This document shows, piece by piece, positions 1-8,819 of a stretch of DNA of 64,000 nucleotides. Each line of letters opens with the position of its first letter. Position 1 is the stretch's first letter. Location of the stretch: IMG/VR virus record IMGVR_UViG_3300031993_000051. One strand, given 5' to 3'. The notes under the pieces were generated by a model, which was not told where the DNA came from, did not search any database, and was given only the letters and a program-made list of their open reading frames with translations. The stretch is from a virus. Lineage: Duplodnaviria > Heunggongvirae > Uroviricota > Caudoviricetes. Made by a program: the position numbers and the translations under genes.

Positions 1-597
1 GCTGTTCTGGCTAACAAGGAAGACCAAGCAAAAGAAATTATGTTGAGAATTCGCTCAGCTATTTTGAAACTTCCGCTTTGGTTACAACAGGGAATTAATC
101 CTGATAGAGGCGGTTGGTCAAAAGAAAGTATCGGTTTTGATAATGGAACTAAGATATTCTGTGCTGCTTCTGGTTCTTCTGCTATTAGAGGTAAATCTGT
201 TGACTTGATGCTTGTCGACGAATTTGCATTCTTGCCTGAAGAAGAAGCTAAGGACTTTATTAAGTCAGTTTTCCCTACACAATCTGGTAGAAAGGATGCT
301 ATGATGATTCTTATTTCTACTCCGCATGGTATGAATGAATTTTATAACATCTGGATGAAAGCTATTTCTGGTGCAAGTTCTTATGTTCCTGCAAAGATTC
401 AATGGTATGAAATTCCTGGAAGAGATGAAGCTTGGAAGAAGAGAATGATTCGAGACTTCGGTATTCAGATGTTCCAACAGGAATATGCTTGTTTAACTGG
501 AGAACATAAAATAACAGTTCGATCCGAAGAAGGAATCGAACTAACGGAACCGATTTCAAAACTATATGAACTTTGGATGGACGGTTTCTTAAGATAA
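1..597 (+). CDS. terminase large subunit, ATPase domain only (5'-partial at window edge)
   Basis: Frame is open from nt 1. Walker B-like LMLVDEFAF, coupling motif ISTPHG, then the WYEIPGRDEAWKK...QQEY block typical of gp17-type terminase ATPase domains. The ORF stops about 25 aa after the expected ATPase/nuclease junction. Confidence 0.55.
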   Translation, partial: AVLANKEDQAKEIMLRIRSAILKLPLWLQQGINPDRGGWSKESIGFDNGTKIFCAASGSSAIRGKSVDLMLVDEFAFLPEEEAKDFIKSVFPTQSGRKDAMMILISTPHGMNEFYNIWMKAISGASSYVPAKIQWYEIPGRDEAWKKRMIRDFGIQMFQQEYACLTGEHKITVRSEEGIELTEPISKLYELWMDGFLR

Positions 598-602
598 AAA
601 TA

Positions 603-634
603 AAATCACCTTTTTGAAGGTGATTTTTTATTTT
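603..634. terminator. bidirectional intrinsic terminator between convergent genes
   Basis: Hairpin aatcacc-tttttgaa-ggtgatt followed by a T-run. The stops of the + terminase and the - glycosyltransferase ORFs flank it. Confidence 0.6.
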
Positions 635-1491
635 CGTTTAAACGGATTTAATAATTTTGTATATTCATTTTCAGGATAATCTATTGATTTATCAGTAGGT
701 TGATCCTTATATTTTAAATTTTCTACACTATCTATTCTTGTTCTATTTAATTTTTCTTCCCATTCATCTAATGAACGATGATAATAATGGAACAATCTAA
801 TATCACAATTTGATACATTTATTTTTGCTTTTGGTCCTACAACTTTTGGTTCAAATGTTGTATTATTTGGTAGTGTTACAGGATAATTATTAATAAAATG
901 TGGATATACAAATTTTATATGGTCCATAGTATTTTTTAAAAATCTATGAATAAATGGTTTTACATCAACAAATGTTTCTTGATTATATTTTTCACTGACA
1001 TACTTACAATCATCAATCATTGGTTTTTGTCTTGTTTTTGGTGTTTTAGATGATTTATAAGAAATATTTGTTCTAGGAACACCAAATTGATAAATATCAT
1101 TTTCATTTAATTTTTTTAAATAATCATTTATTGTTTTATATTTTGTTTTATCAAACCATAGATATTCGTCATCATCACAGAAAAATTGATATGTGTATTT
1201 ATTATTTGTATTAACATATCTAGTATAATAATATTGTTGAACATTTAAAAATTTAGATTTATCATATAATAAAACAACATCTACTTTTTCATTATCTTTA
1301 AATTTTTCTTTTATATTACAACAATTACTTTCATTATCTACAATAATAATATGGTCAAATCCACACCAATTTAAATAGTGGTCAACCCATGAATCTATAT
1401 CGCATTCTTTATATAATTTTGTTATTAATATAACTTCAGAAGAAATTGGTTTTGTTTTATATGGATTTTTCAATTCACTAGTTCTAAACAT
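628..1491 (-). CDS. GT-A fold glycosyltransferase (putative)
   Basis: HIIIVDNES, resembling the GT2 hhhVDDGS nucleotide-sugar binding motif, plus a downstream DxD (FFCDDDEY). Confidence 0.5.
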   Translation of the reverse strand: MFRTSELKNPYKTKPISSEVILITKLYKECDIDSWVDHYLNWCGFDHIIIVDNESNCCNIKEKFKDNEKVDVVLLYDKSKFLNVQQYYYTRYVNTNNKYTYQFFCDDDEYLWFDKTKYKTINDYLKKLNENDIYQFGVPRTNISYKSSKTPKTRQKPMIDDCKYVSEKYNQETFVDVKPFIHRFLKNTMDHIKFVYPHFINNYPVTLPNNTTFEPKVVGPKAKINVSNCDIRLFHYYHRSLDEWEEKLNRTRIDSVENLKYKDQPTDKSIDYPENEYTKLLNPFKRK

Positions 1492-1501
1492 TTTTCACCT
1501 A

Positions 1502-2278
1502 TTAAATTACACTTTGATATTGTTCAGCAAAAGTTCTGAAAATTTCAATATACATCTTAATTATATTAACTGTTTCTTTTGCACTGAACTGATTATTCTT
1601 AAATCCATCAGAGTCAATAAAATCTATCTTTAATTTGACTGTAGCATATACAGAACGCTGATTTACTGAATACCCTAGTATATCTATTCTGGAACCATTA
1701 TCGACGTTCTGGCGCACATATGGAGCGAAATATTTATTTAACTGCTTAATATAACTCTTGACATCTGTATTTATTTCATTACGCATTTCAAAGATTTTAA
1801 TTTTTAAAACAGCAAAAGCTTCAGTCTTAGTAACTTCGACACCTTTTAAGGCACAATTATCAATATTGTGAACTAATAATAAAAGTTGATTTTTTAACAA
1901 TATATTATCAGCCTTTTTCTTATCGACTTTTATAGTATTCTTTTTAAGCTGTTCAAGGCAATAATTTGTTGGGACCATCGCATTATAGCCTTCATTGTAA
2001 AAATTAACAACAGATTCCATAAGTTCTCTTGGCATCTTAATTATATTATAACCAAAAGTTCTGACATTTCTTACTATTTTATCATAATATTTTGAAAATT
2101 CATTATTTTGAGAATTCTCATTAAGTGAGATAGAAGAACGAATAAAATCAATGGGGTTAACGTCATTAATATAAGCTTCAAACATTTTTTCCATATTAAG
2201 CTTAACATCTTTATTGAGATGCTTAGCCTTTCTTTCCATAATTTTTTCGACTTCTTGTTTATAATCTAAAAATTCCAT
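1502..2278 (-). CDS. hypothetical protein
   Basis: 258-aa ORF with no recognisable motif. Co-oriented with the flanking glycosyltransferase genes. Confidence 0.4.
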   Translation of the reverse strand: MEFLDYKQEVEKIMERKAKHLNKDVKLNMEKMFEAYINDVNPIDFIRSSISLNENSQNNEFSKYYDKIVRNVRTFGYNIIKMPRELMESVVNFYNEGYNAMVPTNYCLEQLKKNTIKVDKKKADNILLKNQLLLLVHNIDNCALKGVEVTKTEAFAVLKIKIFEMRNEINTDVKSYIKQLNKYFAPYVRQNVDNGSRIDILGYSVNQRSVYATVKLKIDFIDSDGFKNNQFSAKETVNIIKMYIEIFRTFAEQYQSVI

Positions 2279-2388
2279 AAGTTTCGTGTCCCAATACTAG
2301 TCTTTTATTATTTATAGTTTAGGGGTTTACAATTATTTTGAAAAATGTTATATTTAGGTCAAACACTTAACAAAAAGGAAAAACATCT

Positions 2389-3165
2389 ATGAAAAAAATC
2401 TATTCAATCTTTATTATGTTGGCGTTTGCACTCTTTACGGGTTGTACGACAGTCGACGAAACCGAAAGAGCAGTTGTTCTTGAATTCGGTAAGTACAGCG
2501 AAACTTTCGGACCAGGATTGCACTTCTATAATGTGTTCATGAAGAGCATTGTTACGATTCCCGTCAAAACACAGCTTGAAGCAAGCACATTCGAAGCAGG
2601 TTCTAAGGACCTTCAGCAAGTTGTTGTATCGTCAAACGTTAACTATCACGTAGATCCGCAAGCAGTTGGTAAGGTATATTCGAATTATGGTGTAAATTAT
2701 GTTCAGACTATTCTTCAGCCTAAAATTAAGGAAACGGTTACGTCTATTACACCACAGTATGTCCCTGAAGAAATGTTGCAGAAGCGAGAAGAAATTAATA
2801 TTAGAATGAAAAATGCATTGAAGGCAAAGCTTGATTCTGCAGATGCACATATTGTTATCGATGGTTTTACTGTAACTGGTTTCCAATTTACTCCTGCATT
2901 TAATTCTGCTATTGAAGAAAAGCAGGTTGCAGAACAGAAGGCATTGAAGGAAAAGAACGTTCTTAAGCAGATTGAATATCAGAATGAACAGAAGGTCGCA
3001 AAGGCAAGAGCTGATTCTACCGAAATGGCAATTAAGATGGCAACATTGAAGTCCCAGTCTGGCAAGGAATACTTAATGCTCAAGTGGATTGAAAAGTGGA
3101 ATGGTCAGTTGCCGAATATGATGCCTGGTGATAACAAGATTATCCCAATGGTTAATGGACTTTAA
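2389..3165 (+). CDS. SPFH/band-7 (prohibitin-like) lipoprotein
   Basis: N-terminal signal peptide with lipobox LFTGC. SPFH-like core (VVLEFGKYSETFGPGLHFY...) followed by a coiled-coil tail. SD AAAGGA upstream. Confidence 0.65.
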   Translation: MKKIYSIFIMLAFALFTGCTTVDETERAVVLEFGKYSETFGPGLHFYNVFMKSIVTIPVKTQLEASTFEAGSKDLQQVVVSSNVNYHVDPQAVGKVYSNYGVNYVQTILQPKIKETVTSITPQYVPEEMLQKREEINIRMKNALKAKLDSADAHIVIDGFTVTGFQFTPAFNSAIEEKQVAEQKALKEKNVLKQIEYQNEQKVAKARADSTEMAIKMATLKSQSGKEYLMLKWIEKWNGQLPNMMPGDNKIIPMVNGL

Positions 3166-3231
3166 AAACACCTAAAAATCTCCATATTTAGGGTCAAATC
3201 AAAAATACCAGTATTTTATACTGGTATTTTT

Positions 3232-3576
3232 TTATTTTTTATTATTATTTCTATTATCTTTTGTCTTACTTAATCGCCACTTTAGAAAGTCTCTTACTTT
3301 TTGTAAATCTGGATATTTAACGACTTGGTTTTCTGTAATATCATTCCAAATGTCCATATAACCGTTATACCAGCAGATAAACCACCAATAGTTTTGTGTC
3401 CCATACGCACGATATGAAATAATATCTGGACGACATTCATCCATTTTTCTTACAAACAAATAAGATTCTTTACCAAAGTCATATCCGTCTTGGAAGAAAG
3501 AACCTAAGTCATATTGGGCAATATTATCAACCAATTCTTTATTTAAAAAGTTTGTTCTACTAGTTATATTATCCAT
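3232..3576 (-). CDS. hypothetical protein
   Basis: 114-aa ORF that ends in an intrinsic terminator hairpin (3190-3235). Confidence 0.35.
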   Translation of the reverse strand: MDNITSRTNFLNKELVDNIAQYDLGSFFQDGYDFGKESYLFVRKMDECRPDIISYRAYGTQNYWWFICWYNGYMDIWNDITENQVVKYPDLQKVRDFLKWRLSKTKDNRNNNKK

Positions 3577-3584
3577 ATTATTAT

Positions 3585-4442
3585 TTATATCTGATAATTA
3601 TTATATAAATTACGGTATCTTTCCATTATTAAATGTTTTCCTTTAATATGGTCAAATAATCCGTCAGTTCTTTCATGTGCTTGATGCATAATTTCAATAT
3701 CTTTTGAAATTCCAACATTTAAACCAGCATACATAGCATCTATACCCATAGCTACATCTTCATAACCCCAGCCTTTAGCAAATGTTTTACTGTCAAATAA
3801 GGCATTATCTATACCATATTCTTTTTTCATAAATTCTATGTGTTTTAGTAATCCTGTTTTAGTTATACCGAAATTACATGACCAGCCAATCATTCCAGTA
3901 AGCATTAAATCCATTTTTTCATCAAATGTTTTTGCATTATTCCATGCTTTTATTGCACCAGAAGTTATCCTAAGATCGTCATAATTTAATGGTCTTTTTT
4001 GCCAAAGTTCATCCATATTAGCGGTCAATAAATCAGATGCTGGAACTTTTATGTTATCGATTGGTGTATGTCTTCTAGTTCCAAAGACTAAATCATATTT
4101 TTCTAATAATTTTTTATAATTTACAATTACTTTTTTATTTGCTAGCCAAGAATCACCATCTATAAAAATTAATGCATCTGTTTTATTATTAAGAAAATAT
4201 GATATTACAGAATTTCTATTAGTGCATCTTCCAGGATTTTTACTATTATCAATTATATAAACATTTTTATAAAAATTAACTGGCATTTTACCATCTGATA
4301 ATACATATATCATTGTAGGTATTTCAGTTTGATTATATATTGAAAAAATGGCTTTACTTAAAGATTCTTCTTGATTATGATTTGTTATTGCTATTGTTAT
4401 ATCCATGACATATTTATAAAAAGAAAAACCGTCTTTATTCAA
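3585..4442 (-). CDS. family-2-like glycosyltransferase (putative)
   Basis: N-terminal ITIAITNHNQEESLSKAIFSIYNQTE...VLSDG matches the GT2 pattern (IPxYN..L...L.SL..QT...hhDDGS). Confidence 0.5.
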   Translation of the reverse strand: MNKDGFSFYKYVMDITIAITNHNQEESLSKAIFSIYNQTEIPTMIYVLSDGKMPVNFYKNVYIIDNSKNPGRCTNRNSVISYFLNNKTDALIFIDGDSWLANKKVIVNYKKLLEKYDLVFGTRRHTPIDNIKVPASDLLTANMDELWQKRPLNYDDLRITSGAIKAWNNAKTFDEKMDLMLTGMIGWSCNFGITKTGLLKHIEFMKKEYGIDNALFDSKTFAKGWGYEDVAMGIDAMYAGLNVGISKDIEIMHQAHERTDGLFDHIKGKHLIMERYRNLYNNYQI

Positions 4443-4468
4443 GACGGTTTATAATATTCTAATTTAAA

Positions 4469-7400
4469 TTATTGAAATGACCATGTACTTGTTGAAGCAT
4501 CCCAATGTAAATCACCTTGACCCATCGCAGTAGTAAGGAAATCAAATAGCTTACCAAGCATGCTATTAGGATCAGCTTTATATGTTTTTGCAGAAACTGT
4601 ACCATCAGCAGAAACAATCATTGCATTTGATAATTCTACAACATTTGGATTTTCAATATCTGCATAATTTACACTATTACAATTTGGGTCAGATACATCA
4701 TGATTTGCACCACTAAAGAAATAACCGTCATATTCATATGCTTTAAGGCGACCATTACCAATAGCAAATATTATACCACTATTTGGTATTGCTACCATCT
4801 CATCATTAATCCAAGCAGATGTAGTTCTTACACAACCATCTACTTTTTGGTTATACTGACCCATAATAGTTTGATGCTGATTTGCTTTTAAGTATGCGCC
4901 AATAGTTGTGGAATGATGTCCTCTATTAACGTTACCTATACCCATACCAATCTGACAAGAACCGCTTAAACCATTATTATAAGTACCAATTAAAATATTA
5001 TTACTATAATAAAGGTCACTATCACTAAATAATGTATTTCTATCACCAATTAATACATTAGAATTATATTTTTTAGAAACACCATTGAGAACACCAAACA
5101 TATAGTTTCTATCATTATGATCACTAGTATGTCCTAGTATATTTCCATGATCTGTAATACCAAATAATGTACCTGATTTAGTTGCACCAAAATAGTTATC
5201 AGTACCAATAATAGCATTATCAGTAGTAGTACCAGCAGATGTTTTAATATAGTTATTAGCACCATATACGAAGTTACGGTCTAATCTGTTATTAGTTGGT
5301 GGGACAGTAATTTCTAATCTATTACCTACACCATAAACGAAGTTTCTACTTGCATTATTACTGTCTGTAGTTAAGTGCGCAGTTTCTGAGCCTAAATAAC
5401 CAACACTATTCATTTCACCTATAACATAGGTTCCAATTGAATTTTGAAGAGTATTACCAATACCACAGAGTAAGCATTCACAAAGATATTTAGCAATAAA
5501 GTCTCCATAGATAAATGAACGGTTTGTATACATAGCAACAGAATCGCTAAGGTCATTATAAGAATCGGTTTCATGCATATTACCAAAAATATAAGTTTCA
5601 TTGGTATTATATGCAGCTCCTTTAAATATTATATTATTTTTTAAGCATTGAGTAGCGCCATTTAAGCTAGAACAAAAATTATTCGGTTTATCTGTTCTAT
5701 AATATCCTTTGAATAAGAAGTTTTCTGTGGTATATCTGTTATTTGCTGAAAGGACAGAACCGAATAATACATTTTGTGTAAATACTGAATTAACTTGTTT
5801 TTCAGTATCAAATGTAGCAGTAACTTGTGAATTAATTATAATATTATCAGCTAGATATTCAACACCAGAGAAACTTAAAGTATCACAGTTTTCAGAACCT
5901 TGAGAATTTAAGAAGATATTTTCGGTGAAATATCCCTGTGCAAATGTTGGTGCATATGCTTTCAAGTCAGTATTATGAAGAATATTAGCATTAGCTATAC
6001 AAAAATGATCAATTTCAACTTTTCTGGAATTAAACATTATGTTTTTACTAAATGAACCATTAAAATAAGGCCAACCAATATGTTTATGTAATATTATCTC
6101 ACCATCATTACCAAGACTTTCCAGATTATATAGGAAGTTATACTCAATATTACCTTCTTCTGCAGAGAATGTATCAGGAAAATCTACACCATGAGCATAG
6201 TTTCCGTGTATTGTGGTTGCATATATAGATGTTGATCTGATATATTGTAAATCATAAAGTTTGTTATCATCAAATGAATGTGAAAATATATTTACAGAAC
6301 CATTTGCATGATTTATAATATTATTTGTTCCATAAGTTGAAATAAGTTTAAAATTACCAGGACTACCAACATTTTCAAAGTAATTATTATATAATGAACC
6401 ACTTAATTCAAACCTACCGCCACCACCGGCAACATGTTTAACGGTATTACGATTAAACTCACCACCACCTGAAATAGTTACATTAGAGACATCGTAAAAT
6501 TCGTTTCCAATAATTCCTGGCGATCCTTCATTGTAGTTTCTTATATATTTTACTCCACGAGCATGAGTAAAATCATTATCTTGAAATGGCATTTCAACAA
6601 ATTGATTACCATAATAAGTGCTACGAATATTGCCGTAATCTATTTTTACTGTAGCATTAGTAAATTCATTGTGTTCAAAACCATACTTATACCAATCATC
6701 TGGTTTATTAACACCAACAATAGTAGAAAAATATATTTTATTAAGACCTACACCAGCATCAGAATGACCAAGTGAAAAGTCATAGCCAGAAAAAAGTGAT
6801 AAAAATGCAATATTATTATGGCCATCAATACGCGAACGAATATTGAAATTTTGATAACCGATACTTCTAGTGTCAAATTTTACCGTATTACTATAATCTG
6901 GCAAATAATAATTATTTGCATTTAAGTTAGTAACACCTATTACGATATTTTCACCACCAGATGCTAATACTCCTTTACCAATTGCAATATCATAGTTACG
7001 AATAGCAGAGTTTTCAAGACCAAATGCTAATGTAAAACCATCGTTATTCTGGCTAGTACTATCTAATTCCAAATCACTTTGTGTGGTTTCGGAATAGTTT
7101 TTAGAACCGAAAATGAAAGCGTTTCTTGTAGTGTTGGCAGAGTTATCGTTACCAACAATAAAATTCTGCGTATTATAAACTTTTGTATTATTGTCTTTAA
7201 TTAATTTATCAGTGCTTTTAGATTCATTACCATTACCAATAATGATAGAATTACCATGTGCGGAGTTACCAGAACCAATATAGTAATTATTATCGCCTTC
7301 TATATCAGTATCATGATCTTCAGACCAGTTTTTCCAGCTATTGCTGGCACCTTCAAGATCTTGCAATAATTCTATAATTTTATCATCACGATTCTTTAAC

Positions 7401-7513
7401 GGTCCAATTGTATTTGCTTGTAACCAGTTACCATCAGCAACGGTATTTCTATCCCAGCTTGAAACTGGCAATTCCTCATTAAATTCTTCTACGGTAGGTA
7501 TATTAGTTGCCAT
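4469..7513 (-). CDS. giant fibre/adhesin with Gly/Asn-rich beta-helix (YadA-head-like) repeats
   Basis: 1014 aa with dozens of short degenerate repeats of the type NxhhGxxN, RNFVYGxxN, NVLIGDRN and IGNGN. Resembles trimeric autotransporter head or phage fibre beta-helix repeats. Confidence 0.5.
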   Translation of the reverse strand: MATNIPTVEEFNEELPVSSWDRNTVADGNWLQANTIGPLKNRDDKIIELLQDLEGASNSWKNWSEDHDTDIEGDNNYYIGSGNSAHGNSIIIGNGNESKSTDKLIKDNNTKVYNTQNFIVGNDNSANTTRNAFIFGSKNYSETTQSDLELDSTSQNNDGFTLAFGLENSAIRNYDIAIGKGVLASGGENIVIGVTNLNANNYYLPDYSNTVKFDTRSIGYQNFNIRSRIDGHNNIAFLSLFSGYDFSLGHSDAGVGLNKIYFSTIVGVNKPDDWYKYGFEHNEFTNATVKIDYGNIRSTYYGNQFVEMPFQDNDFTHARGVKYIRNYNEGSPGIIGNEFYDVSNVTISGGGEFNRNTVKHVAGGGGRFELSGSLYNNYFENVGSPGNFKLISTYGTNNIINHANGSVNIFSHSFDDNKLYDLQYIRSTSIYATTIHGNYAHGVDFPDTFSAEEGNIEYNFLYNLESLGNDGEIILHKHIGWPYFNGSFSKNIMFNSRKVEIDHFCIANANILHNTDLKAYAPTFAQGYFTENIFLNSQGSENCDTLSFSGVEYLADNIIINSQVTATFDTEKQVNSVFTQNVLFGSVLSANNRYTTENFLFKGYYRTDKPNNFCSSLNGATQCLKNNIIFKGAAYNTNETYIFGNMHETDSYNDLSDSVAMYTNRSFIYGDFIAKYLCECLLCGIGNTLQNSIGTYVIGEMNSVGYLGSETAHLTTDSNNASRNFVYGVGNRLEITVPPTNNRLDRNFVYGANNYIKTSAGTTTDNAIIGTDNYFGATKSGTLFGITDHGNILGHTSDHNDRNYMFGVLNGVSKKYNSNVLIGDRNTLFSDSDLYYSNNILIGTYNNGLSGSCQIGMGIGNVNRGHHSTTIGAYLKANQHQTIMGQYNQKVDGCVRTTSAWINDEMVAIPNSGIIFAIGNGRLKAYEYDGYFFSGANHDVSDPNCNSVNYADIENPNVVELSNAMIVSADGTVSAKTYKADPNSMLGKLFDFLTTAMGQGDLHWDASTSTWSFQ

Positions 7514-7639
7514 ATTAAGTCCTTTTTTAATCTTATCTTATTTATAATATTTTCTGGACATTATAAAATATTATTTTAAAGAAATTTCAGAATTTATTTA
7601 AAATATGTTTACAAAATTCTATAAACCTTTTATATTTGT

Positions 7640-7935
7640 TTCATATTTTTTACATTAAAGTCCTATTACTGGCTCGGAGTTCAACTCAATGAATTGTCGG
7701 ATAAGTTTAGGCTAGTTGGAATCATAGGTGTGGTTCCAGGTAAAAACTAATTCACCATCGACGTATTACTATAGCATGTAATACTTTAAGCCGCCATTGG
7801 TATTGAAAGATGTAGCTGGAGTACAGGATGACCGACCCATAAGCTTTCAAATAAATCCACTTAGTCGAAGACAGATGATCTTTTGCCTATTTTCCTAAAT
7901 AGGCTTATTGTCTCAGAACAGATATTTTGAACGTG
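7640..7935. other. GC-enriched non-coding segment with several hairpins (candidate structured RNA) inside a divergent promoter region
   Basis: No ORF over about 400 nt between divergent genes. Local GC is clearly above the surrounding AT-rich DNA. Inverted repeats include gtattac-tatagcat-gtaatac (7763-7784) and gcctattt-tccta-aataggc (7884-7903). Confidence 0.2.
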
Positions 7936-7964
7936 TGTGTAGATAAGTTTAATATAAATAATAT

Positions 7965-8435
7965 ATGAATTTTAAAGATTATGTAGATAAACACTTAGAT
8001 TTATTAAATGAGGTCAAAGGTATTGATTTAATCAATAATTTTAAAAAAGTATTCCCATTTTCTAAGGAAAGTAATCTTACAGTAAAGCATTTTAATATAA
8101 AAGGTGAAGATACTGATACATTAGAAGCTACTGGTACAGTTTCTTCAGAATCTGAACCAGGTAATTCATATGTTTGTATGGCAAAATTTCATAGAGAAAA
8201 TAATGAATTGCCATTTTCTTTACAAAATATGTGTAAAGTTTCTTGTAATTGTAATGCTTATAGATATAATTTAAGCCATCCAAATTCCAAGAATTCTTCT
8301 CAAGCAGAGCCTATTCCAGGATATGCAAGTATAGCTAACACAGTAAGAAACCCGGATAAAAATGTAGGTGTTTGCAAACATTTATATGCATTTCTGCACT
8401 TTTTATATGAAAAAGGAATTATAAGAAATAACTAG
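7965..8435 (+). CDS. SWIM zinc-finger protein
   Basis: CNCNAYRYN...VCKHLYAF fits the SWIM signature CxC-x(n)-CxH. Confidence 0.45.
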   Translation: MNFKDYVDKHLDLLNEVKGIDLINNFKKVFPFSKESNLTVKHFNIKGEDTDTLEATGTVSSESEPGNSYVCMAKFHRENNELPFSLQNMCKVSCNCNAYRYNLSHPNSKNSSQAEPIPGYASIANTVRNPDKNVGVCKHLYAFLHFLYEKGIIRNN

Positions 8436-8445
8436 GAGATAAAAA

Positions 8446-8754
8446 ATGTATAAAAACAAGTATTTTACAAAGAATAACGAAATCGACGTTACAGAGATGC
8501 TTAACGCAATTCCTGCACAGATGACTCTTGACGAAAAGACCGATTGGCTTGAAGCATTCGATTGTCTTGATGAAGAGACACAGGATGAATTGGTAGGTGT
8601 TCGTAACATCATGTCTGAACGTCGCCATACCCCAGTTGCAGACGATGAAATCGAAGATGAAACTGAATTTTCTGACGAACCAGAAGATGAAGCAGAAGCT
8701 TATTTCATGCGTAAAGCAAATGAATTCGATAGAAAGAAATCAATGTCTCGATAA
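8446..8754 (+). CDS. small highly acidic protein (candidate DNA mimic / anti-restriction)
   Basis: 102 aa with an extremely acidic stretch DDEIEDETEFSDEPEDEAEAYF. GC-richer codons than its neighbours. SD GGAGAT upstream. Confidence 0.45.
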   Translation: MYKNKYFTKNNEIDVTEMLNAIPAQMTLDEKTDWLEAFDCLDEETQDELVGVRNIMSERRHTPVADDEIEDETEFSDEPEDEAEAYFMRKANEFDRKKSMSR

Positions 8755-8774
8755 TTAGAATAATTAGAAAAAAG

Positions 8775-8805
8775 TAACGTATTGTTTACATAGCAATACG
8801 TTTTT
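8775..8805 (+). terminator. intrinsic terminator
   Basis: aacgtattg-tttacatag-caatacgtt hairpin followed by TTTTT. Confidence 0.55.
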
Positions 8806-8813
8806 CTATATTT
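8784..8813 (+). promoter_or_regulatory. sigma-A-type promoter (TTTACA-N16-TATATT) nested in the terminator
   Basis: The -35-like TTTACA lies in the hairpin loop and the TATATTTG -10 sits 7 nt before the ATG of the DHH gene. Confidence 0.35.
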
Positions 8814-8819
8814 GTAAAT

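Noticed and set aside
7660-7745. Possible tRNA in the GC-rich intergenic region (GTTCAACTC resembles the T-loop consensus GTTCRANYC)
   Set aside because: The flanking bases do not form a 5-bp T-stem and no acceptor or anticodon arms could be assembled by eye. Retained only as generic candidate structured RNA.
8800-8813. Reading TATATTTG boxes as Bacteroidetes -7 promoter elements (TAnnTTTG) and inferring a Bacteroidetes host
   Set aside because: Most genes have strong AGGAG-type Shine-Dalgarno sites and several promoters have textbook TTGACA-N17-TATATT geometry. Both argue for a sigma-70/sigma-A, SD-using host.
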